From Cladosporium halotolerans (taxonomy: Eukaryota), in NCBI RefSeq assembly GCF_011745625.1, contig NW_027191483.1, forward strand, positions 248,001 through 278,528: a DNA stretch of 30,528 nt, read 5' to 3'. A model generated the notes under the pieces. It was given only the letters and a program-made list of their open reading frames with translations. It was not told where the DNA came from and searched no databases. Positions 12,186 through 24,900 of the stretch are shown here, piece after piece; the stretch's first letter is position 1; each line of letters opens with the position of its first letter. The position numbers and the translations under genes were made by a program.

Positions 12186-14210
12186 TCAAAAGTCAAACTC
12201 GCCCCTCAGCGAGTCGAGATCCATGTCGGGCCCAACCCGCTCAGCCAGATCTCTCCTGTTCATGGAAGTGAAAGTCCTCCTCAGTGTATCGTACAGATTC
12301 GTGCTTTGGTTCTGAGACAACAGTCCCTCGACAACGGAATCGGGCACATCTCTACCCGAGCCATCCTGCAGTAGCTCTGCTGCCTTCTGCCTGCCCTCCG
12401 TCTCGATCACGCGGTGCATGGAGAGTGCTCCCAGAAGGTGAGAAGCGGCCTGCTCATTCACGCCAAGGTTGATGCAAGAAACACCGAGGTTGTAGCGGGC
12501 GCGCACGAAGTTGGAGTTGATCTCAAGTGCGCGAGAGTAGGCTTCGATAGCTTCTTCAGAGCGGCCGGAGTTGGCGAGGGTAGCGCCAAGGCGGTTCCAG
12601 AGAAGGTGTTCTTCGCCCTCTTTCTTCATCGAGCCGTGCTGTGCGCTGTCGAGAGCGGCGGTGAAGCAATCAACGGCTTTGTCGTAGTCTTCGCTGCCGT
12701 AGAAGAGTACGCCGAGACCGACCTGCACGTCAACGTCGACGCCCATGCCTTCTGGGTTCAGCTGCGCGGCTTCGAGGAACAAGTCCGTGACCCTTTCTTG
12801 AAGCTGAGCGCGGCCGGTGAAGCTCATTTGATCGTCCTCGCTACTGTCCAGTCCTCGAGGCTGAACGCCGAGCTGAGGGTATTTCACGCCCACCCAGCGC
12901 TCCAGCGATCGGTAAGCCAGTGAGTCGAAGGATTCGTTTGTGTACGAAACTGCAAGACCCATAAGAGCTTCGAGGTTGTCCGGGTCAAGCTTCAGAGCTT
13001 GCTCAAGGGCACGAATCGCTGGAGATTCCTTCTCGTTCTGTGCTTGAGCCTGGCCGAGTGCCACCCATGCCTCCACAAAATTCTCGTCACGCTGAACTGC
13101 TGCTTCAAAAGCAAGCGCGGCCAGCGAAAGATTGCCGCCTTCCCGCACGATCTTCATGCCCTCCTCGAAAGCGTTTGGCACATCTTTGAAAATATTGTTC
13201 TCCTCAAAGAGATAGTGGCCCATCTCGCCAGGCATGTTGTGGTTGAAGGTTCGGAGTTCGTCAAAATCGTGGTTTCCATCGAAGTTTTGCCACGCATCGT
13301 ACTCGTCGCCAAAGTGCTTCAGTGCTTCCTGTTCCTCAAGCATGTTTCTGGAAGTGTTAGTCTCTTCCTGTATACCGTTCCAAATTGACTCGAAATCGCC
13401 GTAGTTGGTTTCAGACCTGCAGCGCGTAAGCTGCAAGTCCCGAAGCCTTTGAGAACTGAGCATAACAACTTACCGATCCATTCCCTCGAGCTCCTCCTCG
13501 ATGGCCTTCTCTGCCTCGCGGTCAAGGGCATCTGTGTCCTGTTCCTGAGTGGAGCTCAGCTCCTCAAACTGCTTCTCCCAATCTGTGTCACTGAGCTCTT
13601 GCACTCTGCCTTTGCCCTTGCCCTGCATCTGCTCGGGCATCTGCGGCTGCTGCATGCCCATTCCGCCGCCAAACATAGGCCTCTGCATGCCCATGCCGTA
13701 TCCTCCTCCATACATCGGCGATCGGAACCCAGTACTCTGCTGCTGGGCAAAAGCCGGGCTCCCCGTCCTCTGCGCCGGGCTCATCTGGCCCTGACGAAAC
13801 TGCGCAAACTCCTGCGGGTTGAACGCCCCACCAGCAGGTCTAGCCTGTGCGAACTTGCCCATATCGTCCGGCGAAAAGCGGCCCTGCTGCGCGAACTCGC
13901 CCGCCCACGAGCCCCCCGCACCGCCGCCACCGCCGCCGTAGTTGCGCTCGAGCGACTCCGCCTCGCGCCTCATCTGCTCCATGTGGAAGGAATTGTTGGG
14001 CAGCTGCTCGCCGAACTGCGGCCCTTGCTGGGCGAAGTCCTGGAATGCGGCATCTTCGGGCAGGCCCTGCTGCGAGCGGAAGCCGTTCAGCTGGGGGTTG
14101 CGGTTGGTAAGGCGGTCGCGCTGTAGCGAGGTGTCGGAGGCGGTCTGCTTTTGGAACTGTGCGAGGGGGTTGGCTGCTGTGGAGCACTCGGGGCCGCCGA
14201 GGAAGGACAT
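12186..14210 (-). CDS. PEX5: Peroxisomal PTS1 receptor Pex5, about 655 aa
   Basis: Exons 14210-13474 and 13416-12186; 57-nt intron GTAAGT..TGCAG. N-terminal MSFLGGPECSTAANPL with the conserved Cys, WxxxF motifs (WAGEF, WEKQF), C-terminal TPRs (LWNRLGATLANSGRSEEAIEAY, FVRARYNLGVSCINLG). Confidence 0.97.
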
Positions 14211-14873
14211 CGTGGGCGTGGGTGGCAGATCTCGAGAGTGGCTGTCAAGAGACTAGGGTGTAAGCTTTTGGTGGGGTCGCTTCAGAAGGGTGTGAATGCT
14301 TCGTAACAGCTGTCGGGTTACGAGCTTTGAGATGGTGCTGAGAAGGTGTGTGGATGTGTCGAGGAGAGGTTGCTTGTGTGGTGTGTGGTTTGCGAAGGGA
14401 ACACAGAGCGCGGCGGGAGGATGACATATGCGCGGGTCGGCCGAGTTCTCTGCCTCGGTCTGTCTGCTGTTCACTTCACCACCCCGGATTCGAAAGCCGA
14501 CGCCGGCCAGGCAGCCAGGCATCATTCACCAGAGCCCTGACCCTCCGGGAAAGTGATTCCGCTATCGGCAATATTATCATGGCGACAGACGAACTGCAAC
14601 ATTGTCATCGAGCACATGCTGATTATCGTACATTTGTGACATGTCTATAATACATTGCCGTGGCCCGTTTGTGCACTGGCAAACACTCGTCTCACACACG
14701 CATGACACTGCGCGGTTTCACCTCCTCTTTTTGGACCACGACTGCCCACCTACCAAGGTAGGTAGGGAGGTGTCTCTACTAATGGTATACCGTATGCAGC
14801 AAAGAGCCAAAAAGTCGCCTCGTGCCAGCCTGCTATTTACAAATCAAGTCCCCGGGTCAAGAACAGAGCGACT

Positions 14874-16198
14874 CTAATCTTTTCTTGTGTGCTCGTTTCC
14901 CCTGGGGTTGGATCTGCTTTGGCCGGCATAATCAACCCTGAGCGTGCGGCCGTACACCGTCTTCCGTTCCAGAATTTCTTTGGCGACCGTGGCGCTGTCC
15001 ACATCAACGAAGTCGGCGTGCGCGAAGCCTCGAGGCTGGCCGGAGCGGCGGTCGATGGCGACTCTTACGTCAAGGACGTTGCGAATTTGCCTGAAAAGGT
15101 CTGTTGAAATGTCAGCTGTGCTTTGTGAAGTGAGCAGTAAGTTTGTGCTGTATACATACCGTTGAGGTCCCTGTCGCTCATCTGGTAGGACATGTTGCCA
15201 ATGAAAAGCGTGTTGCTGGGCTGAGCCGGGGTTTGTGTTCTCTGGGAGTCGCGGCGCTGGTGATGCTGAACGGCGAGACGTCTACCCTGAAAGACCGTCT
15301 GATTCATTCCCTGGATAGCGTCTTCGGCCTGCGCAGAAGTGCGGAACTCAACGTATCCAAAACCCTTGCTCAGGCCCCTATTGTCCGTGACCACTCTGCT
15401 GTTGGTGATCTCACCATACTTGGAAAATTCAGTCTCCAACTGAGGGGCAGTGACCTCAAAGAAGAGGTTGCCGACATACAGAATCTTACCCGTGATTTTG
15501 GGTCCATTGGGAGAAAACCGGGTGTTCCTGTCGGCGTTGAAGCGGTTGTAAGGGCTGCGAGAGAGAGTGTTGGAGACCGCCTGTGCGGGAGAGGGAATGG
15601 TATCCTGCGCCGCTTCGGTGACCTTTGAGGCGACGTCCTTTGCTTTCTCAGCAAGCTCTGAAGCCTGCTCTCCAACGGTCTGGGGCTGGTGCTCGCTCTG
15701 CCCAACGGGCTCGGAGGTAGTGCCTGACGACTCCGAGACGGCATCATGTGCAGCAGAAGGCTCGGGCGTCGAGGCCGGGGTGGGCACTGAGTTTTGCTCA
15801 CTTTGACCAATGGGCTCAGAGGTTGTGCCGGCTGATTCAGAAACAGCGTCCTGAGCAGGAGAAGAGATCGTCGACGTGGGTTGTTGCTCACTCTGACCGA
15901 TGGGCTCAGAAGTCGTGCCCGATGATTCAGAGACGGCGTCCTGGGCAGGGGAGGACGCCTGCTCGCTCGACTCCGCCTCTTTCTTCTCTGCCTCGGCAAG
16001 CCTTGTCCTTGACTGGTGGAATGATCGTGAGACGGATGGGATCGAGGATTGGAAGGTGTTGAAACGGGCGGCCGGGCGAATCACGCGAGGCGCGTATGCT
16101 GCGCGCGCAGCAGCACGACGGAGCACGTACCTGTCCTTGTGGTCAGTTGACTGCGCAATGAAAAGAGATGCTTTGACGCAGAGCGGAGTGTCTTACAT
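14874..16198 (-). CDS. Two-RRM RNA-binding protein with probable mitochondrial presequence, 399 aa
   Basis: Exons 16198-16197 (AT), 16130-15160, 15100-14874; introns 16196-16131 (GTAAGA..CTGAC..GACAG) and 15159-15101. RRM1: LYVGNL / KGFGYVEF. RRM2: LFIGNM / RGFAHADF. N-terminus MYVLRRAAARAAYAPRVIRPAARF...RSFHQSRTRLA is Arg-rich and acid-free. Confidence 0.88.
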
Positions 16199-16592
16199 AG
16201 TGGCAAGGGCAATCAGATCAGCTCGAGGGTTCAGTGGAGAGAGGGAAGCTGGTGCTTGAGAATGCAGTAGTGACGACGGGCGGTGATGGTCTTGGAAGTC
16301 CAGACGAGAGGCGCACGCGACCAGCAGTGTTGATGGCGATGGAAGGATTTAGGCGACGCGGTTCGCATGGCGAACATTTGCGGCGCGCACGACCCCCGAG
16401 GCTCGATCTCTCCGCATTCGAGGGCGCGAGCTGCGTCAAGCGGAACTCGCCCGCCAAGAGGGAACTGGCTGCGTGTTACGAGCCGTAGCTACAGCTTACG
16501 ACTACCATCGCTGCCACCGCCAGCACACCCGCTCTGCGTGTTCAATGTCACCGTCCACCCTCCGCTGAATACCCCCTCGACCCGCTACCGCC

Positions 16593-19122
16593 ATGGCCGC
16601 CGACAGCGCGTCCTCCGGCAGCGCCGACTTCTTCTTCAAGGGAGAGTCGGCCCGCAACACTCGAGGCCTGCTGCGTCTGATCATCTTGTGCACCATTGCC
16701 GCCGCCGCCGTTGCCAGCAGACTGTTCTCCGTCATCCGCTTCGAGAGCATCATCCACGAGTGTATGTCGATCGATCGAATCGTCACCACGCAGCCAATTG
16801 CGCCGGTGGACAATCAACAGGGAACACCCGCTAAGCCATTGAACAGTCGACCCTTGGTTCAACTTCAGAGCCACCAAGTACCTCGTCCAGCATGGCTTCG
16901 CCGACTTCTGGGATTGGTTTGATGATCGTAAGGGCACCTTCGCCTGCTTCAATCGTTGCATTGGTTAACACGAGATCACTACAGGAACATGGCATCCCCT
17001 CGGCCGCGTCACTGGCGGTACCCTCTACCCAGGCTTGATGGTCACCTCCGGTGCTATCTACCACGCCCTCCGCTTCCTCACATTCCCCGTCGACATTCGA
17101 AACATCTGCGTGCTGCTCGCACCTGGCTTCTCCGGCCTGACTGCATTCGCGAGCTACTTGTTGACTTCTGAGATGAGCACGAGCCCGTCAGCTGGTCTGC
17201 TCGCGGCGATCTTCATGGGCATTGCACCAGGATACATCTCGCGATCTGTCGCTGGCAGCTACGACAACGAGGCAATTGCCATCTTCCTGCTGGTCTTCAC
17301 CTTCTACCTGTGGATCAAGGCCGTCAAGGTTGGAAGCATCATGTGGGGTGGCCTCACTGCGCTCTTCTACGGTTACATGGTCAGCGCTTGGGGCGGATAC
17401 GTGTTCATCACCAACCTTCTGCCGCTGCATGCGTTCGTTCTGATCTGCATGGGTCGTTTCAGCCCCAGGCTGTACGTCAGCTACACCACCTGGTACGCCC
17501 TCGGTACTTTGGCAAGCATGCAGATTCCGTTCGTCGGCTTCCTTCCCATCAGAAGCAGTGAACACATGTCTTCATTGGGTAAGCATTGTGAAAATCCACA
17601 TTCGCAGACTCTAGCTAACTAGATTAGGTGTCTTCGGCCTCATCCAGCTCGTCGGTATTGCTGAGTGGGTTCGTTACCAACTTCCTTCCAAGCAGTTCCA
17701 GTCTTTGCTCCGCTGGATGGTCGTTCTCGTCTTCGGCGGTGGTTTGGGTGGCTTGGTCCTTTTGACTCTGTCCGGAACCATTGCGCCCTGGACTGGCAGA
17801 TTCTACTCGCTCTGGGATACCGGCTACGCCAAGATTCACATCCCCATCATTGCTTCCGTTTCGGAGCACCAGCCGACTGCCTGGCCTGCTTTCTTTTTCG
17901 ACTTGAACATGCTCATCTGGCTTTTCCCGGCGGGTGTCTACATGTGCTTCCGCGAGCTCAAGGATGAGCAGGTTTTCGTCGTCATCTACGCGGTCCTGGC
18001 CAGTTACTTCTCTGGTGTCATGGTTCGTCTGATGCTTACGCTCACTCCTATTGTCTGTGTGGCGGCCGCTATCGCTCTGTCTCAGATCCTTGATACCTAT
18101 ATGCTGGCTTCGGCCCCGGATGAAACTGGAACTCAGGCTAATGGCTCCGCGAACGGCTCTACGAACATCAAGGACAAGCTCACGACCGCTACGGACTCCC
18201 TGCGCTCCACCAAATCGCCTCTTGTTGGCATTTACTCTTACCTTTCGAAGTCTGTGATAACCGGAGCTGTGACTGCGTACCTTTTGCTGTTCGTTCTCCA
18301 CTGTACTTGGGTCACCAGCAACGCGTACTCCTCCCCATCGGTCGTGCTTGCTTCTCGCATGCCGGATGGCAGCCAGCACATCATTGATGACTACCGTGAG
18401 GCCTACTACTGGCTGCGCCAGAACACCGAGCAGAACGCCAAGATCATGAGCTGGTGGGACTACGGTTATCAGATCGGTGGCATGGCTGACCGCCCAACTC
18501 TCGTTGACAACAACACGTGGAACAACACTCACATTGCGACTGTTGGCAAGGCCATGAGTTCTCGTGAGGAGGTCAGCTGGCCCATCATGCGCCAGCACGA
18601 AGTCGACTACGTCCTTGTTGTATTCGGAGGTCTTCTCGGATACTCCGGTGACGATATCAACAAGTTCCTTTGGATGGTCAGGATCGCCGAAGGTAAACTT
18701 GAATCCATAAACACCTGTTGCTCGAACATCTTGCTAATATGACACGAACAGGCATCTGGCCCGATGAGGTCAAGGAGCGCGATTTCTTCACCGCCCGCGG
18801 CGAGTACCGCGTTGACGACCAGGCCACCGACACCATGAAGAACAGCTTGATGTACAAGATGTCTTACTACAACTACAACTCGCTCTTCCCCGCGGGCCAG
18901 GCCCAGGACCGTGTCCGTGGTTCTCGCCTGCCCGCTCAGGGCCCAGAGCTTAGCACTCTCGACGAGGCTTTCACCAGCGAGAACTGGATCATCAGGATCT
19001 ACAAGGTCAAGAAGCCCGACAACCTTGGCAGGACACTGCAGGACGCCACTTCTTTCGAGAAGGGCAACAAGCGCAAGAAGTCTGGCAAGAGAAAGGGCGC
19101 TAGGGTGCTGAGAGTCGAGTAG
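16593..19122 (+). CDS. STT3: Oligosaccharyltransferase catalytic subunit Stt3, 759 aa
   Basis: Exons 16593-16761, 16847-16927, 16985-17578, 17628-18692, 18752-19122 (all GT..AG, frame conserved). Motifs [56 protein letters not shown]. Divergent from the RRM gene across about 395 bp. Confidence 0.98.
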
Positions 19123-19274
19123 ACCGAGTTTGCCATCTATTCTACCACGTGAATAGCCCGTGCTGTAACATATCTTGTTGGGCCTCCAGCCCCTTTTGAT
19201 AGAGCTGAACAATGAAAAGCATTGTTGAACAGAACACTTTTGGAACCTGTTTTACTCGATCAATTGCGACTCAA

Positions 19275-19923
19275 TTATCTCTAAATCGTTCATGGATGGA
19301 CAAAACACTGGCCAGTGTACCGATTAGGCAAGATGTCTGGCCGGGAATCATATCCGGACTTTTGGATGCATCCGGACAAATATCAATCCAGTCTCCTTAG
19401 CCTAGCAACATTGGTTTTACTCAAAATGCTATGAGGATTACCTCAAACTTATCTAACGAGTAGGAAACCTTGGCTGGGCTCGACACGTGAAGGTAAGATC
19501 TCCCGACCTTCTCCCGCGAATTTGTAACGCATTCCATATCTCTTCCATAACCACCACCCACGCCCTCCACCGCGCTATCGACCGTCCGCGCCGACGGCCT
19601 TATCGGATCCTTGCTCTGCGACCCCCGCGATCTACTCCGGACTACCCTCTTGGCTTTACATAACGACGCACGTGCCTTGCGGTCGTAAATGCTCTGCGAT
19701 TGAGCATCGCGAACGCGTCTCTGCCTGCTATCGTGCCGTCGCCCGATGATGCACCGCCTCGCTATCGCCGTATCGAGCCAGGGCATAGGCCCTGTGGTCT
19801 CAGATGGCCGGCTTCGCCTGTTTATCTGCCGATGCGATAGGATGCGATGAGGTCTGCCATGGCCGTTGGGCTCGTTTCGTGGCGTTGTGACCGTTCCTTG
19901 CATGTATAGGTTAATCATATAAG
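19275..19923 (+). promoter_or_regulatory. Permease upstream region with three HGATAR (AreA/Nit2-type) motifs and a TATA-like element
   Basis: TTATCT (=AGATAA) at 19275-19280, 19449-19454 and 19822-19827; TATAAG at 19918-19923, about 75 bp before the ATG. Function is inferred from the nitrogen-permease context only. Confidence 0.35.
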
Positions 19924-19995
19924 TATGCCTGTTTCTTCACCTTTAAGTTATACTCCAATCGATACTCGCTACCTTTCTGCTTGTTTCCATCCACA

Positions 19996-21632
19996 ATGGA
20001 CTCGCCGTCGGAAGAGAAGGTCAAACACGATGGCCACCCCGACCTAGAGCATTACGCCTCCGCCCCCGTAGCCGGCGGTGTCTTCGACGCGAACGAAGAG
20101 CACGAAGTCTTCAAAACAACCGCCGGCGTCAACTTCCGGACCGTAGAATGGCCGCGCGCAACCGTCATCTTCCTCAAGGTCATCTTCGCTGTCGGCGTTC
20201 TGACCATCCCCACCGCGCTCTACGACCTAGGAGCCGTGGGCGGCACGCTCAGCGTCTTCGGCTGGGGCCTGCTCAACACATGGGCCGCTGTCATCCAGGG
20301 CGATTTCAGGAACAACCACCGCGGATGCCACAGCATCGCCGACATGGCGAATGAGGTTGGAGGCCCGATTTGCAGGGAGATCACGGGTGCGCTTTTTATC
20401 GTTGCCTATGTTCTGTTGACAGGGTCGGGCATTTTGGGCGTTTCGATCGCGTTCAATGTCTTTTCTGGACATGCAGTCTGCACCAATTGGTTCTCGTTCG
20501 TGGCGATGATTTTGGTTGTTGCAGCGGCTTCGTTCAGGAAGATGTCTCAGGTAAGTCTTCAGCGCAGATGCTCAATGGCCTGAATGCGATCTGCGGCAGG
20601 GCTTCGAGTCTGTGAGCATCTTCTCCGATTACGTCTAACGGTAATCGATCGGTATCAGCATTGAGTGTGGGCTTCTTCTTCAAAGACAGACGCTGACAGA
20701 ATGCTCCCAGATCGGCTGGCTCACATGGGCCGGATTCGCATCTGTCTTCATCGCCGTTTTCATCGTCGTCGTAGCCGTCACCCAAGTCGACCGCCCCGCC
20801 GCCGCTCCCCAAACAGGCGACTACGAGCTCGGTTTCGCCGCGATCGCCTACCCCAGCTTCGCCGCAGGCATGGTAGCAACCTGCTCCATCTTCGTCTCCT
20901 ACGCTGGCACCTCCGCCTTTCTGCCCGTGATCAGCGAGATGCGCGAGCCGCGCGACTTCCGCAAGTCCCTCTACCTCTGCATGGCGATCGTCATCGCCTC
21001 CTACGTCTCGTTCTCGCTTGTCGTCTACCGCTACTGCGGCGCCTGGGTCGCCGTGCCCTCGCTCGGCTCCGCGGGCCCGACGATCAAAATCGTCGCCTAC
21101 GCCGTCGGTTTCATGGGCCTGCTCGTCTCTGGCTGCCTGTACCTGCATGTCGGCGCCAAGTACGTCTTCGTGCGCATTCTGCGCAACTCTGAGCACTTGC
21201 AGGCCGACACGTGGGTGCACTGGACGACGTGGCTTGGCTGTACGGGCGGGCTCGGCGCCATCGCGTTCATCCTGGCGCAAGCAATTCCGATTTTCAACTA
21301 CCTGTTGTCGTTGACGGGGTCGTTGTGTTTTGCGCCAATTGCGCTTTCGCTGCCCGGCTGGTTGTGGTGTCATGACAATATAGCGTGGCGGCGTGGGAAG
21401 TGGTGGCAGCAGATTGTGTTCTGGATCACGGCGCTGATGATTCCGCTTGGGATGTTCATCTGCGTTGGTGGGACGTATGGCGTAGTGGTGGAGATCAAGG
21501 AGGCATATGCTAGTGGGCGGATCGGTAAGTGCAATCTGTATGAGTACTTGTCGAGTCTGATGGATGTACTAACAGTGGGTTACAGGCTCCGCGTTTTCTT
21601 GCGAGGACAACTCTGGCACAACTGCTTCCTAG
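19996..21632 (+). CDS. Neutral amino acid permease, Mtr-like (Aa_trans/AAAP family), 471 aa
   Basis: Exons 19996-20550, 20711-21524, 21586-21632; introns 160 and 61 nt. Motifs HEVFKTTAGVNFRTVEWPRATVIFLK..FAVGVLTIP, YAGTSAFLPVISEMREPRDF and C-terminal GSAFSCEDNS; multiple TM segments. Confidence 0.92.
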
Positions 21633-21952
21633 GCTTGAGGTAAAGATGAGCAGCAGACATGGCGATTTCAATGGGTTTAGCTCCTAACAATCCAACAGGT
21701 CTAATTTGATTTTGACCTACGAATACAGTGTCTTAATTACATGCAATTTCAATCATTCATTTTTCGTATGCTACATTCTAAAGTCCTTTCCTCCGTGCTT
21801 TGTCAGAGGGGCCTTTCCCTAGGTGATCGACAACAAAAGAGAAGAGATGCATTTAACGTACATTCTATGCGCGCTGAACCGCTCCGAACGCGACTGTGTC
21901 ACGTCAAACCTCACATGTACAACCGATTAGACCATTCGTGAACCCAAACCCC

Positions 21953-24900
21953 TCACTCCGCCGCCCTCTCCTTTCCCTTTCCCTTCCACCCCGAAGACTC
22001 CGTCTCAATATTGAACCTCGGCGCCCCACTCGGCCTCGCATCCTTCCCCTCGCCCTGATAAAACTCGCACGAGAACTTCAACGCCTTGCCCGGTTCCTTC
22101 CAAACCGCAATCTCATCTCCCGAGTAAACCCTGCCAAATAGCCTCTTGCCGTCGTCGCCCCGCTTCAAATGCACGCCGTTGACGAACACTCCCGCACTGC
22201 TCTCGGTTGCAATCACGCAGTGCAGGTCCGGCAGCTGCGTCCAGGAGTCGTCGCCCTCGGGCACCTTGTCGATGCCCTTGGCGTGGAACCAGAGGAGCAG
22301 CGCGCGCTTGCCGACGCGCGTGTCCGTCGGGTCCGGGTACACTTGGGTGTTGGAGGGCGCGCGGCCCCAGGTCGTCAGACGGCAGTTGAGGTTGAGGCAG
22401 ATGGGGCCTTTGGGCGTGTGAGAGTCAGGGGTGGAGGCGAGTTTGCCGACGCGAGGGGGCGGTTTGAGGAATTCGGCGGGCGGTTCGAGGGGGTGTTGGG
22501 AGTGCTCTGTGGGAGGAGTGGGATGTCTGCCGTTTTGCGGCTTGGGCTCGTCGTTTGTGCTGTCTGTGTAGTAGTTGTCGTCGTCCTGGTCTGTAGCGGA
22601 GTCTTGCGTGGTGTCACGTGTAGTGGAGCCATTGGAGGGAGGGTTTCGGGCTTCAGCAGCAAAATCATACCCACTGACTTTAGAAGCATACTCGATGTTG
22701 TGCGTGCTCGGGTCGTCGGGCTTGTAAAACAGGGAAGGCGACATTTCCAAGCGTATCTGGCGGCTAAACGTCGACTGATTTGGCGCTCTTGGGGTGATCT
22801 GCGACGGACTGAAGGGGTTTGATTTCTTCGACTGCGGCCGGGGAGGCGAGCGAGGAGTCTTCGGTCGTAGTGTGTTTTCTGTCGCATGGCTCGCAGAGTG
22901 ATGTCGGGAGTCCATGTGCATTTCGCGCACCAGAGATTCGGCTCCTAGCAGACTCGGCGATGCTACATTTCCTTTCAGGTTGTCCTCCCGGAAGTTGTCG
23001 CCGTTGCTAGACCCCTGACTCTGAGCCGAGCTCTGAAAACTCGTGGTTTCCGGCATCGCGCCTAAGGCACCAGAGCTCTGGAGTGCCGATTCACTGATCT
23101 CGCCAAACAGCTTAGGATTGGCTGCGCTTGTGGGACCTTGACTGTTGTTCGCTTGGTTTGCGATAGGCATGGCGTCAAACATGAGCTCGGGACTTGAAGC
23201 GATGGGAGAGCCGTCGGGGTTGCGGTAGGCAAACACCTCGCTCTTGAAGCGCTTTGACTTTCGCGGGTCGAAGAACTTGTAGTCTCCTGAGTGAATGTCG
23301 AGCTCGCTGTTCTGGCTCTGCGATGCGGCGTCACGCTCGTCGAGACTGAGGTTTGCGAATTTGGACTGGCCTACGCCCTCGTGCTCTTCGGCGATCACAT
23401 GCAGTCCGCCTTCCGCGAACGACTGCGCCGCGCCTGCTACCGCCGAAGTGTCGCCACCGAACCAGCTGTGACTGAGGCAATACACCGGTGAAGGGCGGCC
23501 GCCTGGATCTGTGTTGAGCATTTCGAGCATCAAGTTGATTGCGTCTTGAGATATGCCTTTCCTGAGCAATTGATTGGTGTCCAAGGGCGTCTTCATGATT
23601 TTGTTGAACATGCCGTCTCCATTTGCGTCGGCGACACCCTCGAAAGGCGGTTCCAAGCACAGCGAGAACCACAAAACTGCACCGTAGGACCAGATATCGA
23701 CGGATTGGCTGTAGCTATGGAACTTCTTAGGAACCGTCGAATTGCCGCGCCAACCTCGCTTCTTGCCATGTCGTGGAGAGTGCGTGTCATACTGAGGGAA
23801 GACTTCTGGCGCACAGTAGAGAAGCGTGCCGCAAAAGGTCTTCAAGAACGTCTCATCGTTGCTGACGACTTTGGACAAGCCGAAGTCGGAGAGCTTGATG
23901 GTGAAATTGGACGACTCCAAATCCGCGAGCAGGATGTTGTCCGGCTTGATATCACGATGCGTGATCTTCTTCCTATGAAGATAATCGAGCGCATCGAACA
24001 CCTGCGCCGACATTTTCTTGCCGAGCGGCTCAGTCAGAGCGCCATAGTTGCTCAAATACCCCTGCAGATCTCCACAAGGGACGAACTCCATGATGATGTA
24101 CAGATGCTGCCCGATGTCCTGGTATTCGACGTACTGCACGACATTCGGATGGCTGATAGCCTTCATGATCTGCAACTCGTTGTCGATCTTGCGGTCGAGC
24201 ACGCCATTCTTCATGAATCGGCGCTTTTCGAGTTCTTTCGCCGCAAAGAGCTGTCCGTCGCTTTTTGTGGCAAGCTGGTAGACCATTGCAAAAGCGCCTT
24301 TGCCGATGTGACCGACCACATTGTACTTGTCGCCACCGCTCCAATGCATGCCAAAGCGCTTCGTCGTGACCGGCACTCTATGAGGACCCGCCTGAGTTGT
24401 GCCAGGAACGGGCCTCAATCTGCCGGGAAAGTGAGGGCCGCCAGCTTGCCGATTTGCTTCTGCTTCAGCAGCAGCCATGCGTTGCAATAGCCGCTCGACG
24501 TTCGTTTTGTACACTTCCCCGTGGTCTTCCCTGTTAGGGATGCGCACGATGAACTTGATGATCTCGTCGGGGTTCGGCGAAATGATCTGAATAATCGCAC
24601 CTCCGGTCAGCATTCGCGTCTGCGTGCCCGCCTTTCCGCGCAGCACGACGTCGTCGACTATCGTGCCGTTCGTAGAGACGTCCTCCAGCATCAGCACGCC
24701 GGAGTCGTTGAGGAAGATCCGGAAATGCACGTTGCTGACTCGCTTGACCGTATCCGTATCCAGCACAATATCACAGGCTTGTACGCTTCGCCCAAACACA
24801 AAGCCCATGTGAGGTCTAATGACGTTTGCTGAGAACCGCAAACCCAAATCCATCGCTTGTGCTGCACCCGCCGACGTTGATGAGGTCTGCAGTATGAACG

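Noticed and set aside
20551..20710. TPP riboswitch in the transporter intron
   Set aside because: The conserved aptamer motifs (CTGAGA; CTTGAT...GATAAT...GAAAGG-type junctions) are absent.
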